A DNA stretch of 64,000 nt from Candidatus Sysuiplasma jiujiangense (GTDB taxonomy: Archaea > Thermoplasmatota > Thermoplasmata > Sysuiplasmatales > Sysuiplasmataceae), in contig JAHEAD010000010.1 in the NCBI GenBank assembly GCA_019721075.1, positions 3,400 through 67,399 of the forward strand, in the 5' to 3' direction. Below are positions 43,910 to 52,607 of this stretch, piece after piece. The first letter of the stretch is position 1. Each line of letters starts with the position of its first letter. A program made the translations under genes and the position numbers. The notes below the pieces were generated by a model that worked only from the letters and a program-made list of their open reading frames with translations, made no database searches and had not been told where the DNA came from.

Positions 43910-44905
43910 ATGATGTCTCATTCCCGGCTGAACGCCGGGATGGAACTCTGTTTGAAGGAAATGAATGAAAGGCAGCTGATAAACTCCCTGCGGAGTATAT
44001 TCGATTCTCCCGCCCCTCCGCTGGGAATGGGAGATGACTGTTCGGTAATCGGAATCGGCGGTAGAAAACTGCTTGTGACGACCGACATGCTCTTTGAGTC
44101 CACGCACCTGAAGTACTGCGACACCTATCGCAAGAAGGGAAGAATGGCAATGTCGGCCAATCTCAGCGATATTGCCGCGATGGGAGGCAGACCGCTGTAT
44201 GCCTTTACAGGGCTTGGGCTTCCGCAGGGAATGACACCGGCTAATGCCCATTCGCTCGCACGTGGAATATCGGAGGTTGCAAGGGAGCACACCGTAAGCG
44301 TGCTTGGCGGAGACACGAAGCGTGCTCATGAACTCACCGTATCGATAACGCTCATAGGGGAAGCCGAAGGAGCACCACTCCTCAGAAGCGGTGCGAAACC
44401 CGGAGATGTTGTTGCGGTCACCGGTTTGATGGGAAGGGCAGCCTACTCGTACTCATTGAAGAGGAGCGGCATGCGATCCGTCCCGGGAATTTGTGAGGTG
44501 CGCCCCAGGATAGAGGAAGGCATTGCGCTTGCCAGGAGCGGACAGGTCCACTCGGCAACAGACATCACCGATGGTCTCGCGCTTTCACTGCATTACATAA
44601 GCGAAGCGAGCGGCACGGCCATGGAAATAGACGCCGACAGCATTCCGTTTTACAGCAGTCGCCCGCCTCCTGGAATGAGTGCATCAAAGTGGAGGGAAAT
44701 GGCATTATGCTGGGGCGGCGACTATGAGTTGCTTTTCACGGCCGACAGCGGACTGGACATCGGGAGGCTGAGAAAAGAGGGTTGCGGGGACGTTCATGTC
44801 ATTGGAAGGGTTACGGAAGGGAAGGGGGTGTACATCACTGAGGCCGGCAAAAGGAAAAGTATTCCGGCAAGAGGTTACGACAGCCTCAGGGGGAAAAGCA
44901 CCTGA
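43910..44905 (+). CDS. thiL: AIR-synthase-related (PurM-like) protein, probably thiamine-monophosphate kinase ThiL; start uncertain (43910, 43940 or 43961)
   Basis: It has LGMGDDCSVIG, an N-terminal ATP-binding block, and a PurM-like C-terminal domain. The track ORF starts at 43751 with a non-homologous extension. Confidence 0.5.
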   Translation: MMSHSRLNAGMELCLKEMNERQLINSLRSIFDSPAPPLGMGDDCSVIGIGGRKLLVTTDMLFESTHLKYCDTYRKKGRMAMSANLSDIAAMGGRPLYAFTGLGLPQGMTPANAHSLARGISEVAREHTVSVLGGDTKRAHELTVSITLIGEAEGAPLLRSGAKPGDVVAVTGLMGRAAYSYSLKRSGMRSVPGICEVRPRIEEGIALARSGQVHSATDITDGLALSLHYISEASGTAMEIDADSIPFYSSRPPPGMSASKWREMALCWGGDYELLFTADSGLDIGRLRKEGCGDVHVIGRVTEGKGVYITEAGKRKSIPARGYDSLRGKST

Positions 44906-45587
44906 CGGTTCCGGCACCGCATGCGCTGAAATACTGAGGCTTTACGGAAAATGCAGCACATTCTACGGTCGTTTCGGATGGTGGCCGGCTGAAAGTCCTT
45001 TTGAAGTTTGTGTTGGTGCTGTCCTGACGCAGAACACGAGCTGGAGGAACGTAGAGAGGGCACTGGAAAACATAAGGGCCGGGATAGGGATCACGCCATA
45101 TGCCGTTGTGAGTGCAGGAACAGAAAAAATTCAGCAGCTCATACGTCCGAGCGGTTTCTACCGCCAGAAGGCGAGGACACTGATCGCATTTTCGAAATTT
45201 GCAATGGAGAATTTCGGAGGGGACATTACACGTCTGGGTAGAATGGGCGAAGATGAAGCGCGAAAGCTTCTGCTGGGTATCAGGGGCATAGGCAATGAAA
45301 CAGCAGACTCGATGCTTCTGTACGCCTGCGGTATCCCTTCATTCGTTGTTGACGCATACACACGCCGCCTTTTCCACAGAATCGGCATCGCTGATGAAAA
45401 TGCTGCTTACGACAGCATCAAGCTGGCCGTTGAAAAGTGCACAGGCAAGGAGTTCCGCGATATGCAGCAGCTTCATGCCCTGATTGTTGAACATTCGAAG
45501 AGATTCTGCAGGAAAAATCCGCTGTGCGGCGAATGTTTCTACCGCGCGGACTGCAGGCATGGAAAAATGGTCAGAGGTACACGATGA
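44796..45587 (+). CDS. nth: Endonuclease III-like HhH-GPD DNA glycosylase with a [4Fe-4S] cluster; start uncertain (overlaps the upstream gene)
   Basis: LTQNTSWRNV, the HhH-GPD helix-hairpin-helix LLGIRGIGNETADSMLLYA, catalytic D, and the C-terminal Cys-X6-Cys-X2-Cys-X5-Cys CRKNPLCGECFYRADC are present. Confidence 0.7.
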   Translation: MSLEGLRKGRGCTSLRPAKGKVFRQEVTTASGGKAPDGSGTACAEILRLYGKCSTFYGRFGWWPAESPFEVCVGAVLTQNTSWRNVERALENIRAGIGITPYAVVSAGTEKIQQLIRPSGFYRQKARTLIAFSKFAMENFGGDITRLGRMGEDEARKLLLGIRGIGNETADSMLLYACGIPSFVVDAYTRRLFHRIGIADENAAYDSIKLAVEKCTGKEFRDMQQLHALIVEHSKRFCRKNPLCGECFYRADCRHGKMVRGTR

Positions 45588-46443
45588 CACTGCCTGACAG
45601 CAGCGTCAGGACCAGTCCGGCAGTGAGGAACACGATGAAGGGAATTTTCGGTGAAACCCATACAGTCTTCCAGCCGATGGATCGTATCCTGTCCAGCGTC
45701 TCCTCCTCGTCCGCACGACCGAGTCTTTTAAGCCTCACGGGTCTGCCTGACTCGTCCGGCGATTCCATCAGCCACTCCTTCTCCATATTCACCGACGCCA
45801 CATCCTTCCGGAATCCGACGAACATCCTGGGAATCGATACATCCCCGCGTGAAGCGTTCCGGAAGAAAAGGAAGACGGGAACCAGAAGAGAAAGCACGGC
45901 CGCAAGAAGCAGCACATTCAGGAAGAAAGGAAAGGTAAATGATTCGAATGACGGAGGGATTCGACCTATAACCGGAACAGGGTAGACAGGGAAAAGCAGT
46001 ACGAGGCTGACGAGTGCCTTTGCGTCGGCACCTCCCCTGATCACGTCAATATAAAACAGCAGAAGGATGAACAGTATCCAGAGCGATTCGGATGCGGCAA
46101 TGTCCACTGAAGCAACGGAGGGCAGGCTGTAGACTGAGTAGAGTGTACTGATGCCGCACAATGCGCCCGCCGCATATCTCAGCATTTTTCCGTTCCTCCG
46201 GAACAGGGTATCCCAGTCCAAAAATATGTCCGCGAACAGGAAGGCCGGGAAAAGGATGGCAAGAACAGCGGGAAAGGCATCGGATCCGTTTCCCAGCAGC
46301 ATAACGGCCGATATGACCACTCCCACCAGACCGGAAAATATCCAGAGCAAATCCGATACCTCCCTGGTTTGCAAATCCTGGCAGGAAGCGATCAGAAAGG
46401 CAGAAAGTGCCGCAGCAGCGGCCGCAATGTATGCGTCATTCAC
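45571..46443 (-). CDS. A24-family prepilin/preflagellin (archaellin) signal peptidase (FlaK/PibD-like)
   Basis: It is polytopic and carries the first catalytic Asp motif LQTREVSDLLW and a second Asp region (ADAKALVSLVLLFP). Confidence 0.6.
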   Translation of the reverse strand: MNDAYIAAAAAALSAFLIASCQDLQTREVSDLLWIFSGLVGVVISAVMLLGNGSDAFPAVLAILFPAFLFADIFLDWDTLFRRNGKMLRYAAGALCGISTLYSVYSLPSVASVDIAASESLWILFILLLFYIDVIRGGADAKALVSLVLLFPVYPVPVIGRIPPSFESFTFPFFLNVLLLAAVLSLLVPVFLFFRNASRGDVSIPRMFVGFRKDVASVNMEKEWLMESPDESGRPVRLKRLGRADEEETLDRIRSIGWKTVWVSPKIPFIVFLTAGLVLTLLSGSVIVYL

Positions 46444-46498
46444 AATTCAGGGCAGAGCTTCCGGCGGATAGATAACACTTGCTTCAGGAATTCGAGTT

Positions 46499-47392
46499 TC
46501 AGCTTTCCGGCTCTATGATTACATGCTTCAGCTCAGTTATTTTCCCCCTGAGTTCGCTCTGGACCCTGTCTATGGCCTTCTCGAGTTCGTCTGTGTTGAG
46601 GCCGTCTGAAAAATTGATCCTGACAACCATCATAAGACTCTCGGGGCCCAGATATATTGTCTTGATGTCCCTTACAAGCTGCACAAAAGGCAGTTTCAGT
46701 ATGTCCTGTGCAATACTTGCCATTTGTGCCTTTGTAAGCCCCTTCCCTATCAGCAGTTCCCTTCCCTCCGCAGCAAGCGTGATGCCGGTAACCAGCAGAA
46801 GAAGGCCGTTTGCTATTGCTGCAATCGCGTCATATCGTGTATTGTCCTCATAAAGTGCGAGCGTTATCCCGGTAATTGCAATAACGCTCGAAACTATGCT
46901 CATTACATCCTGCAGCAGCACCGTTTTGACACCCTGGTGGTACCTTTCTATTATGCTCTTTGGGTTGTCATAATAATTCCTTATTCTGTGTATCAGATAG
47001 AGGAGGCTGAAACTGCTCACGATGATGGTAACAGCGAGTATGAGGATGCTGTAGCCGTACTCTGCGAGCGGATAAGGCACGAGAAGCCCGTAGAAGCCGT
47101 AGGCCATTACCGCCACGCCGCTCACCGAGAATGCAAACACGCCGCTGACAAAAGACCAGAAGAACCTCTCCAGACCGTATCCGAAGGGATGGAGTTCGTT
47201 CGCAGGCCTGAGAGAACTCCATACGGCAAAAAGGAGCATTCCACCACTCGCTATATCGCTGAGCTGGTAAATCGACTCTGACAAAACAGCCCTGCTGTGC
47301 CCGTAAAGGAAGACGATTATGGAGAAAACGAAAATCAATGCGTCACCGATCAGCGTCATGTAGATTGTTCTGTAGCTCTTTTCGGTTTCCAT
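46499..47392 (-). CDS. Cation diffusion facilitator family metal efflux transporter
   Basis: It has six TM helices, SDIASGGMLLFAVW in the TM2 motif region, and a C-terminal cytoplasmic domain. Confidence 0.8.
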   Translation of the reverse strand: METEKSYRTIYMTLIGDALIFVFSIIVFLYGHSRAVLSESIYQLSDIASGGMLLFAVWSSLRPANELHPFGYGLERFFWSFVSGVFAFSVSGVAVMAYGFYGLLVPYPLAEYGYSILILAVTIIVSSFSLLYLIHRIRNYYDNPKSIIERYHQGVKTVLLQDVMSIVSSVIAITGITLALYEDNTRYDAIAAIANGLLLLVTGITLAAEGRELLIGKGLTKAQMASIAQDILKLPFVQLVRDIKTIYLGPESLMMVVRINFSDGLNTDELEKAIDRVQSELRGKITELKHVIIEPES

Positions 47393-47530
47393 CTGTTCTG
47401 TTACCTGTCGAAAACAATGGGCACTGCAAATAAAAATCTATTTGATGGAACGCTGACGGTTATCAGCAGAGGGTGCAGATTTTTACAACAATTCATTTAA
47501 ATAGCTTACAAATGTTGAATTAAACAGGAA

Positions 47531-48691
47531 ATGCGAACGGTAGTGCTCTGCGTCGACAGGGATAATGACATAGGCGAAAAGGCGTCGCTCAGGGGACCCT
47601 TTGTCGGGAGGGAGAGGAACCTTGAAGCGGCAATGGCGCTCGGCATGGCTGATCCGGAGGATCCTGATTCAAACACCGTCCTTTCTGCAATCGGCATGTA
47701 TGACGAACTGCTCAGGCGCGGCCTTGATGTGCAGGTAGCGACGATCTGCGGAAGCCAGGATGTGGGATTCGAATCGGACAGGATACTGTCCGAACAGCTC
47801 GAGGAAGTCATGGATGCTGTCAAGCCGGACAGGGCAATACTCGTGAGCAACGGCGCTGAAGACGAGTATTTCTACCCGGTCATAGCCTCGCGGATAAAAA
47901 TCGATTCAGTAAAGAGAGTGTTCATAAAGCAGACGCCGACGGCGGAGGGTCTCTACTACATAATGATAAAGACGCTGAAGGATCCGAAACTCAGAAGGAA
48001 GCTGCTTTCGCCGTTCTCGGCGATACTCATCGTCTACGGTTTTTTCCTGATGTTTTCCGATCTTGTGATGCTGAGCAATACGCACAGCATCGGCTACATC
48101 TCTGGAATCGCCCCGGGCCTCATCACCTTCCTCATCGGCCTGTACATCGCATGGTACGCATATAACGTGACCGAGGGATTCCGCTCCGCATTCGGCAGGC
48201 TCTGGAAAGCGATGAAGTCTGGGAGCCAGCTGCTGCCATTTGCAATATTTTCGGGTGTTCTGATAGTCGTCGGGGTGCTCTACGCTTCTTCGACTGTAAC
48301 CCAGGCCCGAAATGTTCCTCTCCAGATACTTGCGTTCGTGTTCGTTTACAACTTCCTCTGGATAGGCGTGTTCGCGGCGCTCGTTTTTGAAACCGGGCGT
48401 TTCACAAATACATACTTCAGCAAGCGGAAGATTTCCTGGTCGTCAATAATAGTGGGCCTCATGTTCGTGGCGCTCGGCATGATACTGCAGGGCGCACTTG
48501 ACGCGATTGTTCTGCTTTACCGCCTTGGCCCTGTCAACGAGACGCTTATAGGCGTCGAAACTGTTTCGGGCATTCTGATAGCGATGTTCGGCGGCCTCCT
48601 CAATTCCACGATCCACGGGCAGGAAGAGACGGCGCTCGATTCTTCCGAAGAGAAAGAAGGCGCGGAACTCAGCACCAGGGCATTTAAATGA
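47531..48691 (+). CDS. DUF373-family archaeal membrane protein
   Basis: It has the N-terminal soluble domain VVLCVDRDNDIGEKA followed by multiple TM helices. Confidence 0.5.
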   Translation: MRTVVLCVDRDNDIGEKASLRGPFVGRERNLEAAMALGMADPEDPDSNTVLSAIGMYDELLRRGLDVQVATICGSQDVGFESDRILSEQLEEVMDAVKPDRAILVSNGAEDEYFYPVIASRIKIDSVKRVFIKQTPTAEGLYYIMIKTLKDPKLRRKLLSPFSAILIVYGFFLMFSDLVMLSNTHSIGYISGIAPGLITFLIGLYIAWYAYNVTEGFRSAFGRLWKAMKSGSQLLPFAIFSGVLIVVGVLYASSTVTQARNVPLQILAFVFVYNFLWIGVFAALVFETGRFTNTYFSKRKISWSSIIVGLMFVALGMILQGALDAIVLLYRLGPVNETLIGVETVSGILIAMFGGLLNSTIHGQEETALDSSEEKEGAELSTRAFK

Positions 48692-49413
48692 ACTGGCAGG
48701 ATTGGATGCCCGTCTACGAGGAAATTCTGGATGATTTTTCTTTCGACAGGGCCTCGGAACGCAGGGCGATCGATGCGGCCAGGCAGGCTGCGGCGCTGTA
48801 CTGTCCGGATCCGGGCGCTTCGCTGGAGCTTCTCGGGAAGCTCACGGGAAAGGAGGTGGTGGTAGCGGGAAACAGCGCAAAACTCGAAACTGACTTCAGG
48901 GCACTGAGCCGGGCAGGCATAATCGCGGGGAGGACCATCATGTCTGCGGACGGTGCTTCAACCAGACTGGAAAGGCTCGGTGTGCGTTCGGGGGTGATAG
49001 TCACAGACATGGACGGAAGCGCTGATGATGAGATACAGCAGAACGGAAGGGGAAGCATGCTGCTGCTCCATTTTCATGGAGACAATTACAGAAGAGCGCA
49101 CAGCATTGCATCAAGACTCAGAGGCCCGTGCCTGATTACAGTCCAGGGGGAACCGGGAGGCGGAACATTCAATTTCGGCGGCTTCACAGACGGCGATCGT
49201 GCCGTGCTGACGGCAGAGTCGTTAGGCGCCGGCACGGTATATCTTGCCGGTTTCGATTTCGATCATCCGAAGGAGAAGGGAAAGGCGGCTGCGCTGAAGA
49301 TAAGAAAACTGGCATGGGCAAAGAGAATTATAGATGGTGCTTCTGCAAGAGGAATGAAAATAAGGTTTGCGTCTGAATATGGCGGTACTGCGCGTGTTTA
49401 CAGTGAAAAGTGA
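48688..49413 (+). CDS. MptE-like (DUF115) 6-hydroxymethyl-7,8-dihydropterin pyrophosphokinase-family protein
   Basis: VIVTDMDGS, LLLHFHGDN and AGFDFDHP blocks are present. It overlaps the upstream gene with ATGA coupling. Confidence 0.5.
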   Translation: MNWQDWMPVYEEILDDFSFDRASERRAIDAARQAAALYCPDPGASLELLGKLTGKEVVVAGNSAKLETDFRALSRAGIIAGRTIMSADGASTRLERLGVRSGVIVTDMDGSADDEIQQNGRGSMLLLHFHGDNYRRAHSIASRLRGPCLITVQGEPGGGTFNFGGFTDGDRAVLTAESLGAGTVYLAGFDFDHPKEKGKAAALKIRKLAWAKRIIDGASARGMKIRFASEYGGTARVYSEK

Positions 49414-49500
49414 TTCGTATCCATATTTTGTGCACTGCGGCTCCGGGCCGGTTCTTGTTTCGGATGCCGGACGGAGACGCTGCCGGTCCGGATTGACGGG

Positions 49501-51072
49501 GTGTATGCAATGAATCCGCTGTTCATCGCACTGTACGTGGCGATTGCCTATTTCCTGGTAATCATCGCGTTGTGGAAAACGGGACTTGCCTCGAAATACA
49601 ATATCAGCTTTGCCGGACCCATACTGATGCTCAGGACTGAAAGAGGGAAGAAGACACTGGACTCTGTTGCACGACCCAGGAAATTCTGGCTCTTTTACGG
49701 AGCACTCTCCCGCATCATATTCATAATCGGAATGGTGCTGATGGTTATGCTCCTTCTCTGGGAAGCGACGCTTGTATTCAGCATACCAAAACAGAGCGTT
49801 CCGGCGCCACAGACATATCTGCTGCTGCCCGGTATAAATCCGTTCGTTCCCGTGGGATACGGCATACTGGGCCTGGTTGTTGCCGTTGTATTCCATGAGC
49901 TGTCGCACGGCGTGCTTTCAAGGGCGCAGGACATAAAGGTGAAGTCGATGGGCGTCCTTCTGCTCATCCTCCCGATAGGCGCATTTGTTGAGCCGGATCA
50001 GGAGGAGCTTGAAGCTGCCTCGCCGTCCAGGCGGATAAAAGTTTTCGGCGTCGGGCCCGCAACCAATATGGTATTCGCGCTCGTCTTCCTCCTGATCCTG
50101 GTCTTCCCGCTCATGGGCACGGCGACACCCATTCACAGTGGCCTTGTGGCCGATGCGGTTTACACCGATTCGTCATCCTACGCAGCAGGCATAAGGCAGT
50201 GGGGCGAAATCATATCCTTAAACGGAACAGCACTGTCAGGCGCATCCCAGTTCTACGGCATAAACGGACTTGTGCCCGGAAAGAACTACAGCATGGAGTA
50301 CATACTGAACGGCAGATACCACAACGGGAGCGTGACGGCAGGAGTCGTTGTCACCGGCACAATAGCGGGTTCGCCGGCAAAGGCGGCGGGAGTCATGCCG
50401 GGTTCCATCATCTACAGCATGAACAACACGGTCATTTACAACTACAACCGCCTCCTCGCCACATTCCAGAATACAACACCGAATGAGACGGTGCCCTTTG
50501 TTTTCATTCAGCATAACGGAACACGGCAGAGCATGAACATCAGGCTGTCAAGCGAGGCTGCGGTCGAGGGGATAACGCCGAAGGGGAAACAGATCGGTTT
50601 CCTTGGCATCTACCTCGCCTACATGGGCATGGAAGTGACGCCGTCGGCGCTGCTTGTGGGCCTGCTGAAAAACCCGTTCTATGGCGCCAACTCCATTTCA
50701 GGGTATCTGCAGAGCGGGCTCCAGTTCCTTCTTTTTCCGTTCGAGGGATTGTCCCCTGTTCCTGCCGGGATACAGTCCCTTTTTACCGGAACAGGTGTTG
50801 CATCCCAGTGGTTCTGGATTGCCGTCAACAGCTGCTACTGGATCTTCTGGATTAATTTGTGGGTCGGCCTTTTCAACATGCTGCCCGCCATACCGCTGGA
50901 CGGCGGCTACCTGTTCAGGGATAACCTCAGGATCCTGCTGAAAAAAGTTATGGCCGGTGCAAGCGACGAAAACAGGGAAAGGGTGGCGCTGAGGGTTACA
51001 TCGCTTTTCTCCGTTCTCATATTCCTGCTCATCCTTTGGCAGATAATAGGACCGCGCCTGCTTTACATCTGA
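49501..51072 (+). CDS. Site-2 protease (M50 family) integral membrane metalloprotease with a large extracytoplasmic/PDZ-like insert
   Basis: VVFHELSHGV is the HExxH motif, and NLWVGLFNMLPAIPLDGG is the LDG motif. It has multiple TM helices. Confidence 0.7.
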   Translation: MYAMNPLFIALYVAIAYFLVIIALWKTGLASKYNISFAGPILMLRTERGKKTLDSVARPRKFWLFYGALSRIIFIIGMVLMVMLLLWEATLVFSIPKQSVPAPQTYLLLPGINPFVPVGYGILGLVVAVVFHELSHGVLSRAQDIKVKSMGVLLLILPIGAFVEPDQEELEAASPSRRIKVFGVGPATNMVFALVFLLILVFPLMGTATPIHSGLVADAVYTDSSSYAAGIRQWGEIISLNGTALSGASQFYGINGLVPGKNYSMEYILNGRYHNGSVTAGVVVTGTIAGSPAKAAGVMPGSIIYSMNNTVIYNYNRLLATFQNTTPNETVPFVFIQHNGTRQSMNIRLSSEAAVEGITPKGKQIGFLGIYLAYMGMEVTPSALLVGLLKNPFYGANSISGYLQSGLQFLLFPFEGLSPVPAGIQSLFTGTGVASQWFWIAVNSCYWIFWINLWVGLFNMLPAIPLDGGYLFRDNLRILLKKVMAGASDENRERVALRVTSLFSVLIFLLILWQIIGPRLLYI

Positions 51073-51162
51073 CCTGATACCTCCAATGCGCAGGCAGCGC
51101 AGGAATCCGGCAGCCACTGGAAAAGTATTTGTTATCATGTCTGCATACAGAACAGGATAAAA

Positions 51163-51738
51163 TTGTTCAGCCCTGAAAAACAGCTGAAGGAGATAATAAT
51201 CGAGGAGCTCAGGAACGAGCCTGTGTCAATAAGCGCTCTCGTGAGAAAACTGAAGGCCAAGGGCATCAACATGCACCGCCTTGTCCTGACAGGATATCTA
51301 AGGGCGCTTACAGATACCGGAATGATAAGGGAGAGGGCTGTTCCTCCGTCGAAAATATACATACCGACTTCAGGAAAGGACATAACAATCTACGAAGCGG
51401 TGGCGGACGCCTGCCTGCAGAACGGCCTTGATCCGAGAACTTCGAGCGCCGTCGCCGTCTACACGCTGGAAAGGCTCTTCCACAGGCCCGTGTTCAGGAG
51501 GGAGCTCAGCGAGATGCATTTCTCTGAGACACCGGAACTCAGGCCCGCGCCCGCCATGGTGGCATCGGAGTCCAGAAGAATACTGGCAAAATCCGGCTAC
51601 AGGATACCGGAAAGCGAGCCGGCCTACATAGTTGAAGGGGATTACGACCAGGCGTTCAGAAGCGTACTGCTTTCGCTCGTCTCCACAGGCTTCAGGATAT
51701 CGCATCTTTCACTCGACACGAAGCAGCTGACACTATAG
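51163..51738 (+). CDS. HTH-domain hypothetical protein
   Basis: It has an N-terminal wHTH-like segment (VSISALVRKLKAKGINMHRLVLTGYLRALTDTGMI). Confidence 0.35.
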   Translation: MFSPEKQLKEIIIEELRNEPVSISALVRKLKAKGINMHRLVLTGYLRALTDTGMIRERAVPPSKIYIPTSGKDITIYEAVADACLQNGLDPRTSSAVAVYTLERLFHRPVFRRELSEMHFSETPELRPAPAMVASESRRILAKSGYRIPESEPAYIVEGDYDQAFRSVLLSLVSTGFRISHLSLDTKQLTL

Positions 51739-52128
51739 CTGCCGGACCGGCGGAACAAACCAGGCCGCCTGCATCGTCGGCCACTTCAGCAATGGTGTAC
51801 AGTGCGATTCTCGACCCCGCTTCCCGCCGAGCGTGCGTAGTCCGCGGTAAGGATGCTCCCGTCAGGGCCTGGCCTGGTGCCCGCGATCATTCCGGGAGTC
51901 ACGCCCCTCCGGGCATGTCGTCCCGGCTCCTCGCGCCCCGGCGGACGAAGCCTCACTGTCACACACTGGGCCAATGCTGTCATGGTTACGCCTCTGCAGG
52001 CTGTCACCCCCGCTATCGACGATTTCGGTGTACAAGGGCACGCCGAGCGCCCCGGTCAAGCCTGGCGTCTGAAACAAGATTGAGACAATATATAACCAAT
52101 TCGTTCCGATGCGCACGCGCAGTGGCTG

Positions 52129-52467
52129 TCAGACGCCGCCCTCGTCGGTTTTGTCCTCGAATTCCCTGGACACGCCGGAAACAAGATCCAGTCTTACGCG
52201 CAGCTTGCCGTCTTCGAAGAAGATGTATGCGTTCCTGACGACCGAGATGTAATAGTTGATTCGCTTTCCCTGCTGCGACAGCCTTCTCTCCCTGCATTCA
52301 ATCAATCCGTATTTTTCAAGCAGCTTGATCCTTCTGTAGCAAGCGGCAATGGGTATGCCGTAGACGGCCGAGAGTTCCTGGGCTGACTTGGGAACCTTCA
52401 TTATTGCGGTCATTATCTTTGCCGCATATTCGTCCGTCAGCAACTGGGAATATATGAATGGCGTCAT
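52129..52467 (-). CDS. Small winged-HTH transcriptional regulator (paralog of 38770-39114)
   Basis: LLTDEYAAKIMTAIMKVPKSAQELSAVYGIPIAACYRRIKLLEKYGLIEC has the same architecture and length as the 38770 ORF. Confidence 0.5.
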   Translation of the reverse strand: MTPFIYSQLLTDEYAAKIMTAIMKVPKSAQELSAVYGIPIAACYRRIKLLEKYGLIECRERRLSQQGKRINYYISVVRNAYIFFEDGKLRVRLDLVSGVSREFEDKTDEGGV

Positions 52468-52607
52468 CTGAATGCTGCCGCCTGATGATGCATGATGCCT
52501 CCATTATGAACTTAAATCTTTATTTAACTACTTAAATAAAACCCAACTGCCGTCTTTGAGCGGACGGCCGCGGACTGAGGGTGGGGTGCCGCCATATTTT
52601 CACCCCG

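Noticed and set aside
51792-52297. Several overlapping ORFs (148, 76, 84, 73 and 94 aa) in both strands of the GC-rich block
   Set aside because: They are Arg/Pro-rich, low-complexity, mutually overlapping in all frames, and lack recognisable motifs. This is typical of GC-rich non-coding sequence rather than genes, so the region is flagged as candidate RNA instead.
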